Part shown: positions 9,941-17,325 of the stretch, piece by piece
Layout of the letters: each line of letters starts with the position of its first letter
Numbering within the stretch: the first letter of the stretch is position 1
NCBI GenBank assembly: GCA_038253125.1
Contig: JBBSHM010000005.1
Coordinates: 56-64,055 of the forward strand
From: Acidimicrobiales bacterium
GTDB lineage: Bacteria; Actinomycetota; Acidimicrobiia; Acidimicrobiales; JAUJNH01
Direction of reading: 5' to 3'
DNA: 64,000 bases
Position numbers and translations under genes: made by a program
The notes under the pieces: model-generated
The model's database searches: none
What the model was told of the DNA's origin: nothing
The model's input: the letters and a program-made list of their open reading frames with translations, nothing else

Positions 9941-9944
9941 GTTG

Positions 9945-10397
9945 ATGGTGCCGCCGTTCGATTCTCAGTCTGGGGCGCTGCCTCCGGGCGAGCACCCCGC
10001 GAACTGGGACCAGGTCAGCGAGCGGTTCGGCTGGAACCTCCGACGGAGGCGGCTGTTGGACGGCCTTGCCGAAGGCCTCGCCGTCCTAGCCAGCGCCGGC
10101 TGCAGCCGGGTGTGGCTCAACGGCAGCTTCGTCACGGCCAAGGAGGAGCCAGCGGAGTTCGACTGCGTTTGGGACCCGACCGGCGTAGATCTCGACGCCA
10201 TCCGCGAAGCCGGAGCCGAGCTGCTTGACCTGGGCGCCGGGCGGAGCGCCCAGAAGCAGCGGTTCGGCGGCGAGTTCCTCCCCAACGTCACCGAGGCCGC
10301 CACCGGCAAGCAGTTCGCAAGCTTCTTCCAGACCGACCGGGACGGCTCCCAAAAGGGCATCGTCGTGCTCGACCCAACCAAGGAGAGATGGACATGA
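9945..10397 (+). CDS. small nucleotidyltransferase-fold-like protein (resembles the family I recall as DUF6932)
   Basis: The track ORF 9597..10397 was trimmed to MVPPFDSQSGALPPGEH, because the 5' extension covers the att and arm repeats. Core motif VWLNGSFVTAKEEPAEFDCVWD (G-S...D..D pattern), then AQKQRFGGEF and FFQTDRDGSQKGIVVL. Confidence 0.6.
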   Translation: MVPPFDSQSGALPPGEHPANWDQVSERFGWNLRRRRLLDGLAEGLAVLASAGCSRVWLNGSFVTAKEEPAEFDCVWDPTGVDLDAIREAGAELLDLGAGRSAQKQRFGGEFLPNVTEAATGKQFASFFQTDRDGSQKGIVVLDPTKERWT

Positions 10398-10819
10398 TCG
10401 CCAACGAGCGCCAGTACCAGCAGACGCGCAAGATGCTCGGCGAGCTCGAACACCTCCTGGCCAGCACCAGCTCCGGGACCGCCGGCGATGACGGCTTTCG
10501 TGACCTGCAGGCGGCCGGCCTTCGAAGCCAGGTCGAGGATCTGCGGGACGAGCTCGACGAGTACGACCAGCTACGGGACGGCACGACCCGCACGATCAGG
10601 GCTGGATCCCTCGCCGAGCTGGCCGACGCGCTAATCAAGACCCGGGTCGCTCGAGGCTGGACCCAAGCCGATCTTGGTGCCGCTCTCGGCGTCGCCGAAC
10701 AGCAGATTCAGCGGTACGAAGCCAGCCGTTATGCCGCCGCCAGCCTCGCCCGCTTGTGCGACATCGCCGAGGCCCTTCACGTCACCGTCGAAGAGACGCT
10801 CACCCTCCAAGCCAGCTGA
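10388..10819 (+). CDS. XRE-family helix-turn-helix protein with N-terminal coiled-coil region (antitoxin-like regulator)
   Basis: 143 aa. C-terminal HTH: RVARGWTQADLGAALGVAEQQIQRYEASRYAAASLARLCDIAEAL. Overlaps the upstream gene by 10 nt. Confidence 0.75.
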   Translation: MDMIANERQYQQTRKMLGELEHLLASTSSGTAGDDGFRDLQAAGLRSQVEDLRDELDEYDQLRDGTTRTIRAGSLAELADALIKTRVARGWTQADLGAALGVAEQQIQRYEASRYAAASLARLCDIAEALHVTVEETLTLQAS

Positions 10820-10920
10820 CCGGCTGCCTTACGGCGCGGCCAGGAGAACGTGGTCGTCGAGGACGACGGACAACGGGTCGGTCGGCGACTGGCCGGCGAG
10901 GTCGGGGTCGTCAGCTGGTG

Positions 10921-11604
10921 TCACGTGGCGGGTGGGGTCGTGCCGAGGAGGAGGTCGGCGGCGCGTTGGGCGACTTCGGCGCCGCGGCCGGGGACGACGA
11001 CGGCGGATCGGCGGATATCGAGGGTGCCGGTGTCGAGGTCGATGTCGTCCCACAGGAGGGCGACGAGCTCGCCGCGGCGGGCGCCCGTGAGGAGCAGGAG
11101 GTGGAGGATGGGCCCGATTGCGGTTGAGGAGCCCGTTACGGAGGGCGTCGCCGAAGGCCTTGTGGAGGACGCCGTGGACGTTCCGGCGGGTCTTGGCGGC
11201 GAGGCCGCCGTCGCTGACGGTCCGGCCTTGGGTGCGGAGGTCGGCGAGGAAGCGTTCGATGACCATGGGGGTGACCTCGACCAGGGGACGTGGCCGATGC
11301 GAGGCACGACGTAGCTGGTGACGGTCATCTGGTAGGCGGCCTTGGTCGATTCCTTGAGGTCGCGGCCTTCGACAAGGGGGAGCCACTGGTCCAGGAGGAA
11401 GCGGGCGACGGTGAGCTCTCGCAGGGCTTGGGCCCAGGTGCCGCTGAGCATCTCCGCGCGCAGTTCGAGGGCGGCCCGTTCGGCCTGCTACTTGGTGTCG
11501 TAGCCGCCGAGCCAACGGGTGCGGCGTTCGCCGGTGAGCGGGTCGCGGGGCAACTCGACCTTGGCCGTCCACGTCGATCCCCGCCTGAACACCGAACCGG
11601 TCAC
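10921..11604 (-). pseudogene. tyrosine integrase pseudogene (nonsense codon, frameshifts, 3' truncation)
   Basis: From GTG at 11602-11604: VTGSVFRRGSTWTAKVELPRDPLTGERRTRWLGGYDTK, then an in-frame TAG at 11488-11490. The same frame continues QAERAALELRAEMLSGTWAQALRELTVARFLLDQWLP. The core-binding segment MVIERFLADLRTQGRTVSDGGLAAKTRRNVHGVLHKAF is in another frame. LLLLTGARRGELVALLWDDIDLDTGTL returns to the first frame. No catalytic HxxR...Y region follows. Confidence 0.75.
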
Positions 11605-12208
11605 GCTCGGCCCTCCCACTTCTCGCCTGGCAGTCCAGGTTGCCACAGGCCGTCTCGGTCTGCCCGCGGTCTCCGGTTCACGTGTCGTCCGGTGCCATGT
11701 GGTTCTCGGCCGTGTCGTCTTGTGCCTCGCCTGGGGATGGCGTCGGGTCCGAGTTCTTCGAGTTGGCTCGGCGAGGCTGCGGAGGAGGTTGTCAGCAAGG
11801 TCCGTTTTCGGGGACGCCGTCGCCGTCGGCGTCGCCGTCGCCGTCCAGCTGGACGGCGCCGTCCGGATCGGCACCTCGCCGGATGGATGCCGTGACTCTT
11901 GGCGTCGTAGCCGCCTGGCAACGGCGGCCGGGTCCGCGCCGCCCGACTTGGGTGCGCCGACGCCGAGCCAGATGGCCTTGGACCCCGGTTCAGCCAGGCC
12001 GGACGCCGCTACGCCTGGCGGTGCGGGGAGTGTCTGCGTTCCGCCTCCGGCGGCGGATTGGTGGCCGTTGCGGTTGTCTCAGGTGCGGGGTCGACCGGGG
12101 AGACAGGTGCTGGCTGGTCTGCATCGATGTCAGTCGGTGCCATGAGGTGTCAGGAGATCTCGCGGGTTTTTCGCGGGGCGCGGAGCCGCCGTAGACCGGA
12201 CAGAGAAG

Positions 12209-12236
12209 AACCCCAGGCCGCTGATGACCTGGGGTT
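12209..12236. terminator. GC-rich hairpin (AACCCCAGG-N10-CCTGGGGTT) flanked by T/A runs
   Basis: Stem 12211-12217 pairs with 12228-12234. TTTT follows on the plus strand and TTCTTCTCT on the minus strand. It sits directly 3' of the tRNA-like fragment on the minus strand. Confidence 0.45.
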
Positions 12237-12242
12237 TTGCTG

Positions 12243-12282
12243 TGGGCGTAAACAGGATTCGAACCTGTGACCTCTGCCGTGC
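12243..12282 (-). other. orphan tRNA 3'-half-like fragment (T-arm plus acceptor 3' strand)
   Basis: The minus strand reads GCACGGCAGAGGTC-ACAGG-TTCGAAT-CCTGT-TTACGCC-CA. I could not find a matching 5' acceptor strand (GGCGTAA), D-arm or anticodon arm upstream. Confidence 0.35.
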
Positions 12283-12394
12283 TAATGCGCTGAAGCGCAG
12301 GCAGGACCCCCAGTGAGCCCACCACGGTCAGTGGCGGGAGCGGCTCTCTTGAACGGGCTCGCAGCCGGGTCGTGGGGCGGAAATCGGTGCAAGG

Positions 12395-12422
12395 CGGAGA
12401 GCACGGGTTGCAAACGGGTTGC
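12395..12422 (+). repeat. arm-type-site-like repeat, right copy (CGGAGAGcaCGGGTTGCAAACGGGTTGC)
   Basis: Direct repeat of 9732-9759, located about 40 nt inside the tRNA-proximal att-like repeat. Confidence 0.5.
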
Positions 12423-12460
12423 GGAGAGGGTCGGATACCCCCGCTGACCTGCAGGATTTG

Positions 12461-12537
12461 TGGTCGGGGTGCCGGGATTTGAACCCGGGACCTCTGCGTC
12501 CCGAACGCAGCGCGCTGCCAAACTGCGCCACACCCCG
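12461..12537 (-). tRNA. tRNA-Pro (anticodon CGG), CCA encoded
   Basis: The minus strand reads CGGGGTGTGGCGCAGTTTGGCAGCGCGCTGCGTTCGGGACGCAGAGGTCCCGGGTTCAAATCCCGGCACCCCGACCA. It folds as a cloverleaf: acceptor CGGGGTG/CACCCCG, anticodon stem CTGCG/CGCAG with loop TTCGGGA, and T-arm CCGGG-TTCAAAT-CCCGG. Confidence 0.9.
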
Positions 12538-12577
12538 TTTTCAGCCCCGGTGGCGAGGGGCGGAGGGACACTACACG

Positions 12578-12994
12578 TCAGGTGCGCTCGACGGTCACCG
12601 GCTTGTAGCTGGCGTCCTCGTAGGTGCCGCCGGCCAGGAGGGCGGTGACGGCCTTGCGCAGGCGGATCGGGTCGAGGGGCTTGACCACGAAGCCCTGGGC
12701 GCCGCTGCGGCGGGCCAGGAACACGTCGGGCCGGCGGTCGAGGAGGATCAGGATCGGCACGTGGGGGAGGCGGCCCATGCCCTCCTCGAGGTGCAGGTCG
12801 AGGCTGATGGCCATGGCCCCCATGCTGCCGATCTGCATGTCGAGCACGGCCAGGTCGGGGGTGCGCTCCTTCACGGCGGTGACAGCCTCGGGTCCGCTGC
12901 GCACCCAGCGGACGGTGAGGTCCGGTCCCCTCAGCACCTGGCGCACCTCCTGGTACACCCACTCGGCGTCGCTGGCCACCACGACGTCGGGCAC
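12578..12994 (-). CDS. single-domain response regulator (CheY-like receiver)
   Basis: The track ORF was trimmed to the GTG giving VPDVVVASDAEWV. Phospho-acceptor context DLAVLDMQIGSMG and the conserved Lys region GFVVKPLD. Confidence 0.8.
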   Translation of the reverse strand: MPDVVVASDAEWVYQEVRQVLRGPDLTVRWVRSGPEAVTAVKERTPDLAVLDMQIGSMGAMAISLDLHLEEGMGRLPHVPILILLDRRPDVFLARRSGAQGFVVKPLDPIRLRKAVTALLAGGTYEDASYKPVTVERT

Positions 12995-13041
12995 GCTGCG
13001 GCAGGGTAGTGGCGCCAGGCGTCCGGGTACCATCCCCAGGC

Positions 13042-13389
13042 GTGCTCGACATCCAGCTCGACGAGGTCAACGGCTTCAAGGTCTGCCGCCCGGTGGGAGA
13101 GCTGGACGCCTTCACCGTCAGCCAGTTCCGTCAGGCGCTGGCCGAGTTGGCCTCCACCCCCCGCCTGATCATCGACATGTCGAGCGTGCCCTTCGTCGAC
13201 TCGGCCGGACTCGGCGCCCTGATCGGCGGCATCCGCAGGGCTCGCGAGCTGGGCGGCGACGTCAGCGTCTGCTGCAACCGCCCCACTCTCGTCCGGCTGC
13301 TGCGCACCACCGGCTTCGACCGGATAGTCACGGTGGCCGAGACGCTGGAGGATGCGGCGGCGGCGCTGCGGCCGCCCGAAGCCGGCTGA
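13042..13389 (+). CDS. STAS-domain anti-sigma-factor antagonist
   Basis: The track ORF was trimmed to VLDIQLDEV. VPFVDSAGLGALIG contains the phosphorylatable Ser of SpoIIAA-like proteins. Confidence 0.85.
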   Translation: MLDIQLDEVNGFKVCRPVGELDAFTVSQFRQALAELASTPRLIIDMSSVPFVDSAGLGALIGGIRRARELGGDVSVCCNRPTLVRLLRTTGFDRIVTVAETLEDAAAALRPPEAG

Positions 13390-13450
13390 GCCCAGGCGTG
13401 CCGGGCGCCGGGTGAAAGGCGCCGCCGGGGGCCTGCTGTAGACAGGGCCT

Positions 13451-14530
13451 GTGGCCTCCCTCGACGAGATCGCCGCCGAGCGGACCATCGTCGTGTGCTG
13501 CGGGTCGGGGGGCGTGGGCAAGACAACCGTGGCGGCGGCGATCGCCGTCGCCGCCGCCGACCGGGGCCGGCGGGCCTGCGTGGTCACCATCGACCCGGCC
13601 AAGCGCCTGGCCGACGCCCTCGGCCTCGACGCCCTCACCAACGAGCCGAGCCGGGTGGCCGGCGCCGGCCAGGCCGGCGGCGAGCTGTGGGCGATGATGC
13701 TCGACACCTCGGCGACATTCGACGACGTGGTGCGCCGCCACGCCCCGAGCATCGAGCAGGCCGAGGAGATCCTGGCCAACCGGATCTACCGCAACATCTC
13801 AGGTTCGCTGTCGGGCACCCAGGAGTACATGGCGATGGAGAAGCTGCACGACCTCCACGCCGACGGCCGGTTCGACCTCGTCGTGGTCGACACCCCGCCG
13901 ACCCGCAACGCCCTCGACTTCCTTGACGCCCCCCGCCGGCTCACCCGCTTCCTCGACCACAAACTGTTCCGGCTGCTCACCCTGCCGGCCCGCAGCTACC
14001 TGCGGGCCGTGGCGGTGGCCGCCCAGGCCTTCCTACGCTCGATCACCCGGGTCGTCGGCGGAGCGGTGGTGGCCGACGTCCTGGCCTTCTTCACCGCCTT
14101 CGAGGGCATGGAGGAGGGCTTCCGGGAGCGGGCCAAGGCGGTGTACGACCTGCTCGAAGACCCGAACACCGCGTTCGTCCTGGTGGCCTCGGCCCGGCGC
14201 GACGCGGTTGACGAGGCCCTGTTCTTCGCCTCGAAGCTCGGCGAGGCCAACATCAAGGTCCAGGCGCTGGTGGTCAACCGCGTGCACCCGGTGTTCGCCG
14301 AGAGGCTCGCCGTCCACGGCGGGCGACCGGCGCCCGACGGCTCGTCGCTGGCCCGCCTCGAGCGAAACCTGGCCGAGCTCGACGCCGTAGCCGAGCGGGA
14401 GCGCTCCTACCTCGGCGCCCTCACCCGCAAGCTGGCGGGGGCGCCCACCGTCACCGTCCCGTTCCTGCCAAGCGATGTGCACGACCTGGTCGGGCTGCGC
14501 CTGGTCGACGCCGCCCTCTTCCCCCGCTAG
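13451..14530 (+). CDS. ArsA/Get3-family ATPase
   Basis: 359 aa. Deviant Walker A CCGSGGVGKTT, then TIDPAKRLADALG and VVVDTPPT. Confidence 0.85.
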   Translation: MASLDEIAAERTIVVCCGSGGVGKTTVAAAIAVAAADRGRRACVVTIDPAKRLADALGLDALTNEPSRVAGAGQAGGELWAMMLDTSATFDDVVRRHAPSIEQAEEILANRIYRNISGSLSGTQEYMAMEKLHDLHADGRFDLVVVDTPPTRNALDFLDAPRRLTRFLDHKLFRLLTLPARSYLRAVAVAAQAFLRSITRVVGGAVVADVLAFFTAFEGMEEGFRERAKAVYDLLEDPNTAFVLVASARRDAVDEALFFASKLGEANIKVQALVVNRVHPVFAERLAVHGGRPAPDGSSLARLERNLAELDAVAERERSYLGALTRKLAGAPTVTVPFLPSDVHDLVGLRLVDAALFPR

Positions 14531-15459
14531 AGGGCGCTGATGCTGTGGGCCAGGGCGGCGGCGAGCTGATCCAGCTCGGCCGGGCCGACCTCACCTGAGA
14601 AGACGTAGGGCAGGCACAGCTGGGGGAGGGGGAGGGCGGCCCGCAGCCGCTCGACCTGCTCGGCCTGGGTCGTCTGGCGCTGGCGGCGGAAGCCGGCGGC
14701 GGCATCAAGGGCTTCGAGGCGTGCGGGCGTCAACGTGGCTCCCACCTCGGCGGCGGCGGTGGCGGCGTCATCGCTCAGGTCCAGGGGCTCATACAACCCG
14801 TTCACCACGACCGGGCCGAGAGAGATGCCGACCCGGTCCTCAAGGGCGAAGGCCGCCTCCACCACCTCGTTCACCGGGGTCTCCTCGGGCAGGGTGACGA
14901 GCAGGACCTGGCACCGGTCGGCGTCGGCCAGCAGCTCGAGGACATCCTCGGCCTGAGCCCGTATGGGGCCCACCTGAACGGCGTCGAGCAGGCCACGGGC
15001 ACTGGTGAGGAAGGTGAGGGCGTGGCCGGCGGCGGGGGCGTCCAGGAGGAGGAGGTCGAACTCGCCGGCCCGTTCCATCTGCTTGACCTTGCCGAGCACG
15101 AGGATGTCCTTGATGCCGGGAGCGGCGGTGGCGGCCACGTCGATGGCGCCTGTCGAGGCCAGCCGCTTCGACAGCCGGCGCAGCCCGTGGTCTTCGAGGT
15201 ACTCGATCAGGGCCGCCTCGGGGTCCAGGGTGCGGGCCAGCACGTCGGCCGCCCCGTCCGGCCCGCCGCCGGGCCGCAGCACCACCTGCTCATAGGGCAG
15301 CGGCCCGGGGCGGCCGAAGATCGAACCCAGCCCCGACTTGCCCTCTACCTCGATGATGCAGGTCGTCAGGCCGACTCTCGCCGCCATCGCCGCCACCGCG
15401 GCGGTGACCGTCGTCTTGCCCACGCCGCCCTTCCCGGCGACTATCAGGAGCCGTGTCAT
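14527..15459 (-). CDS. ArsA/Get3-family ATPase (paralog)
   Basis: The track ORF was trimmed to MTRLLIVAGKGGVGKTTVTAAVA. Also has LLLDAPAAGH. Confidence 0.85.
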   Translation of the reverse strand: MTRLLIVAGKGGVGKTTVTAAVAAMAARVGLTTCIIEVEGKSGLGSIFGRPGPLPYEQVVLRPGGGPDGAADVLARTLDPEAALIEYLEDHGLRRLSKRLASTGAIDVAATAAPGIKDILVLGKVKQMERAGEFDLLLLDAPAAGHALTFLTSARGLLDAVQVGPIRAQAEDVLELLADADRCQVLLVTLPEETPVNEVVEAAFALEDRVGISLGPVVVNGLYEPLDLSDDAATAAAEVGATLTPARLEALDAAAGFRRQRQTTQAEQVERLRAALPLPQLCLPYVFSGEVGPAELDQLAAALAHSISAL

Positions 15460-16850
15460 GCCACAGAAGGCCGCCGGTTCCACTGCTCCGAACCCTACTG
15501 GCGGTGGGTCTCGGCCTCGTCGGCCTGCTGGGCGCCGGAGCGGCGCCAAGGCCGGCGGCCGCCCAGGTCCCACCGGGTGGGCAGCCGGCTGCGCTGGCAG
15601 GTGCGCGGGCAGGTGAGCGGGCAGGTGAGCGGCCGGTGATGGACATAGTGCAGGTGGGGGGCCTCCTCGACCCCGTCAACGCCGAGCTGGTCCGCCGCTC
15701 GATCCGGGAGGCAGCCGGCCGCGGCACAACCGCGGTGGTGATCCAGCTCGACAGCTCGGCCGCCTCGGTGCCCCTGGCCAAGATCGCCTCCCTCGGGCGT
15801 CTCATCTCCACATCACCGGTTCCCGTGACCGTCTGGGTGGGCCCCACCGGCACCGGCCGGGCCGTCGGGGCCGCCTTCTCGCTGGTGGCCGGTGCGGACG
15901 TGGCCGGCATGGCCGAGGGCACCCGGATCGGTCGCCAGACCGGGTCCATCCCCGCCGGGGCCGGCGCCGCCCGGCAGAGCGTGGGAGGCAGCGGAGGGGC
16001 TCCGTTGCGGAACCGGACGGTCGGCACCGACGAAGCTCGCCGGCTGGGCCTGGTCCAGATCGTGGCGCCCACGCTGTCGGACTTCATCGGCCAGCTCGAC
16101 GGGCTCGAGGTGAAGGGCCGCACCATCTCAACCGCCCAGTCAAAGTCGCCGTTCGTGCTCCGTGACGACCTCGACATCCGATTCCGCAAGCCCGGCCTGG
16201 TGGACCGCACGCTGCACGGCCTGGGCAGCCCCTCGGCCACGTACTTCTTCGTCGTCGCCGGCCTGCTCCTGCTGCTCTTCGAGTTCTTCTCGGCCGGCAT
16301 CGGCATCGCCGCCGGCACCGGTGCTGGGTGCCTGGCGCTGTCGGCCTACGGGCTCGGGACCCTCGGCACCCGGCCGCTCGGCCTCGGGCTGGTCCTGCTC
16401 GCCACCGTGGCCTTCGGGGTCGACATCCAGGCCGGCTCGCCCCGCTTCTGGACCGGGCTCGGCACCGTTGCCCTAGTGATCGGCAGCCTCACCATGTTCG
16501 AGAGCGGCCGCCCCGGCTGGCTGGCGCTGGTGCTGGTCATCGTCGGCGCGCTTCTGGCCGTCCTGTTCGGCATCCCCTCCACCGTTCGCACCCGGTTCTC
16601 GACCCCGACCATCGGACGCGAGGACCTCGTCGGCGCCATCGGCACCGCCACCACCGCCATCGACCCTGAGGGGACCGTCGAGGTGCGGGGGGCGCCGTGG
16701 CGGGCCCGGACCTTCCCCAAGCCGATCGCCGTCGGCGATCGCATCAAGGTCGTCGCCATCGAGGGGCTGGTCCTGGAGGTCATCCCCGAGGGCACCGAGC
16801 TCGAGCCTTCGCGGGCCGAGAGCCGTCAGAGCCGCAGGTCAGGCGGCTGA
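15453..16850 (+). CDS. NfeD-family membrane-bound ClpP-class protease
   Basis: 465 aa. Signal-like N-terminus, ClpP-like domain (VVIQLDSSAASV), several TM segments, and a C-terminal NfeD OB-fold (GTVEVRGAPWRARTF...GDRIKVVAIEGLVLEV). The start is uncertain. Confidence 0.8.
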   Translation: MSCHRRPPVPLLRTLLAVGLGLVGLLGAGAAPRPAAAQVPPGGQPAALAGARAGERAGERPVMDIVQVGGLLDPVNAELVRRSIREAAGRGTTAVVIQLDSSAASVPLAKIASLGRLISTSPVPVTVWVGPTGTGRAVGAAFSLVAGADVAGMAEGTRIGRQTGSIPAGAGAARQSVGGSGGAPLRNRTVGTDEARRLGLVQIVAPTLSDFIGQLDGLEVKGRTISTAQSKSPFVLRDDLDIRFRKPGLVDRTLHGLGSPSATYFFVVAGLLLLLFEFFSAGIGIAAGTGAGCLALSAYGLGTLGTRPLGLGLVLLATVAFGVDIQAGSPRFWTGLGTVALVIGSLTMFESGRPGWLALVLVIVGALLAVLFGIPSTVRTRFSTPTIGREDLVGAIGTATTAIDPEGTVEVRGAPWRARTFPKPIAVGDRIKVVAIEGLVLEVIPEGTELEPSRAESRQSRRSGG

Positions 16851-16961
16851 GCCCGGACTGAGGGTCAGCGCGCTCGCGAAAGTTGCCTCTTGTCTCGGCC
16901 CTCCTCGGCAGATACGTTTCGGCCCGGTGGTGCCGGGACGGCGGTGTTGGGAGGCAGTCAG

Positions 16962-17219
16962 ATGAGCATGTTGCACAAGGTCGATGACTGGCAGGTGAAG
17001 GCGGCGTGCCGAGGTCCGCAGGGCACGGCCATGTTCTTCCCGCCCAACACCTTCGAGCGCAAGGACGTCAAGGAGGAGCGGGAGCGACGGGCCAAGGCGA
17101 TATGCCGCGGCTGCCCCGTCCGGAAGGAGTGCCTCGAGTACGCCGTCTCCATCAAGGAGCTCCACGGCATCTGGGGCGGCACGAACGAGCTGGAGCGCAA
17201 GGCCCTTCTCACGGGTTGA
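16962..17219 (+). CDS. WhiB-family transcriptional regulator
   Basis: The track ORF was trimmed to MSMLHKVDDW, with GGGAGG 7 nt upstream. Four Cys (C...C..C.....C in AACRG...CRGCPVRKEC) and the GIWGG turn. Confidence 0.9.
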   Translation: MSMLHKVDDWQVKAACRGPQGTAMFFPPNTFERKDVKEERERRAKAICRGCPVRKECLEYAVSIKELHGIWGGTNELERKALLTG

Positions 17220-17273
17220 CATAGACGGAACGAGACCGTATCGTCTTGTTTGAACGAGACGAGACCGTTCCGT
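17216..17273 (+). promoter_or_regulatory. candidate promoter (TTGACA-17 nt-TATCGT) with overlapping repeats, upstream of the MFS-TetR operon
   Basis: TTGACA at 17216-17221 overlaps the whiB stop. TATCGT is at 17239-17244. Inverted repeat ACGGAACG (17225-17232) / CGTTCCGT (17266-17273). Direct repeat AACGAGAC at 17229-17236 and 17253-17260. Confidence 0.4.
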
Positions 17274-17325
17274 TCCCCATCGGTCGCCGGTCGATCTGGT
17301 GGGGATTCCACCTGGAGGAGACCTG

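Larger units (their letters stand above)
9591..12487. mobile_element. decayed integrative element inserted at the 3' end of tRNA-Pro(CGG)
   Basis: Bounded by a 25-bp direct repeat of the tRNA-Pro 3' end (24/25 identical). Contains a tyrosine-integrase pseudogene and internal arm-like repeats near both ends. Coding density is low. Confidence 0.6.

Noticed and set aside
9597-9944. The 5' extension of track ORF 9597..10397, which would make a 266-aa protein.
   Set aside because: The extension is translated across the att-like repeat and the arm-type repeats, and its composition is arbitrary. The conserved-looking protein begins at MVPPFD (9945), which has an upstream inverted repeat and RBS.
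11815-11850. GACGCC/GTCGCC hexanucleotide-like run (gacgccgtcgccgtcggcgtcgccgtcgccgtcc) as a possible functional repeat.
   Set aside because: It is short, imperfect, low-complexity GC-rich sequence inside decayed DNA. Nothing distinguishes it from slippage debris.
12243-12345. Possible tRNA-Sec (selC), considered because selA and selB are in the window and a TTCA occurs in a hairpin (TGCGC-TTCA-GCGCA) next to a T-arm.
   Set aside because: There is no 5' acceptor strand complementary to TTACGCC(C) and no D-arm. The TTCA sits in a 4-nt loop, not a 7-nt anticodon loop, and the spacing to the T-arm is wrong. I treated it as a tRNA 3' fragment only.
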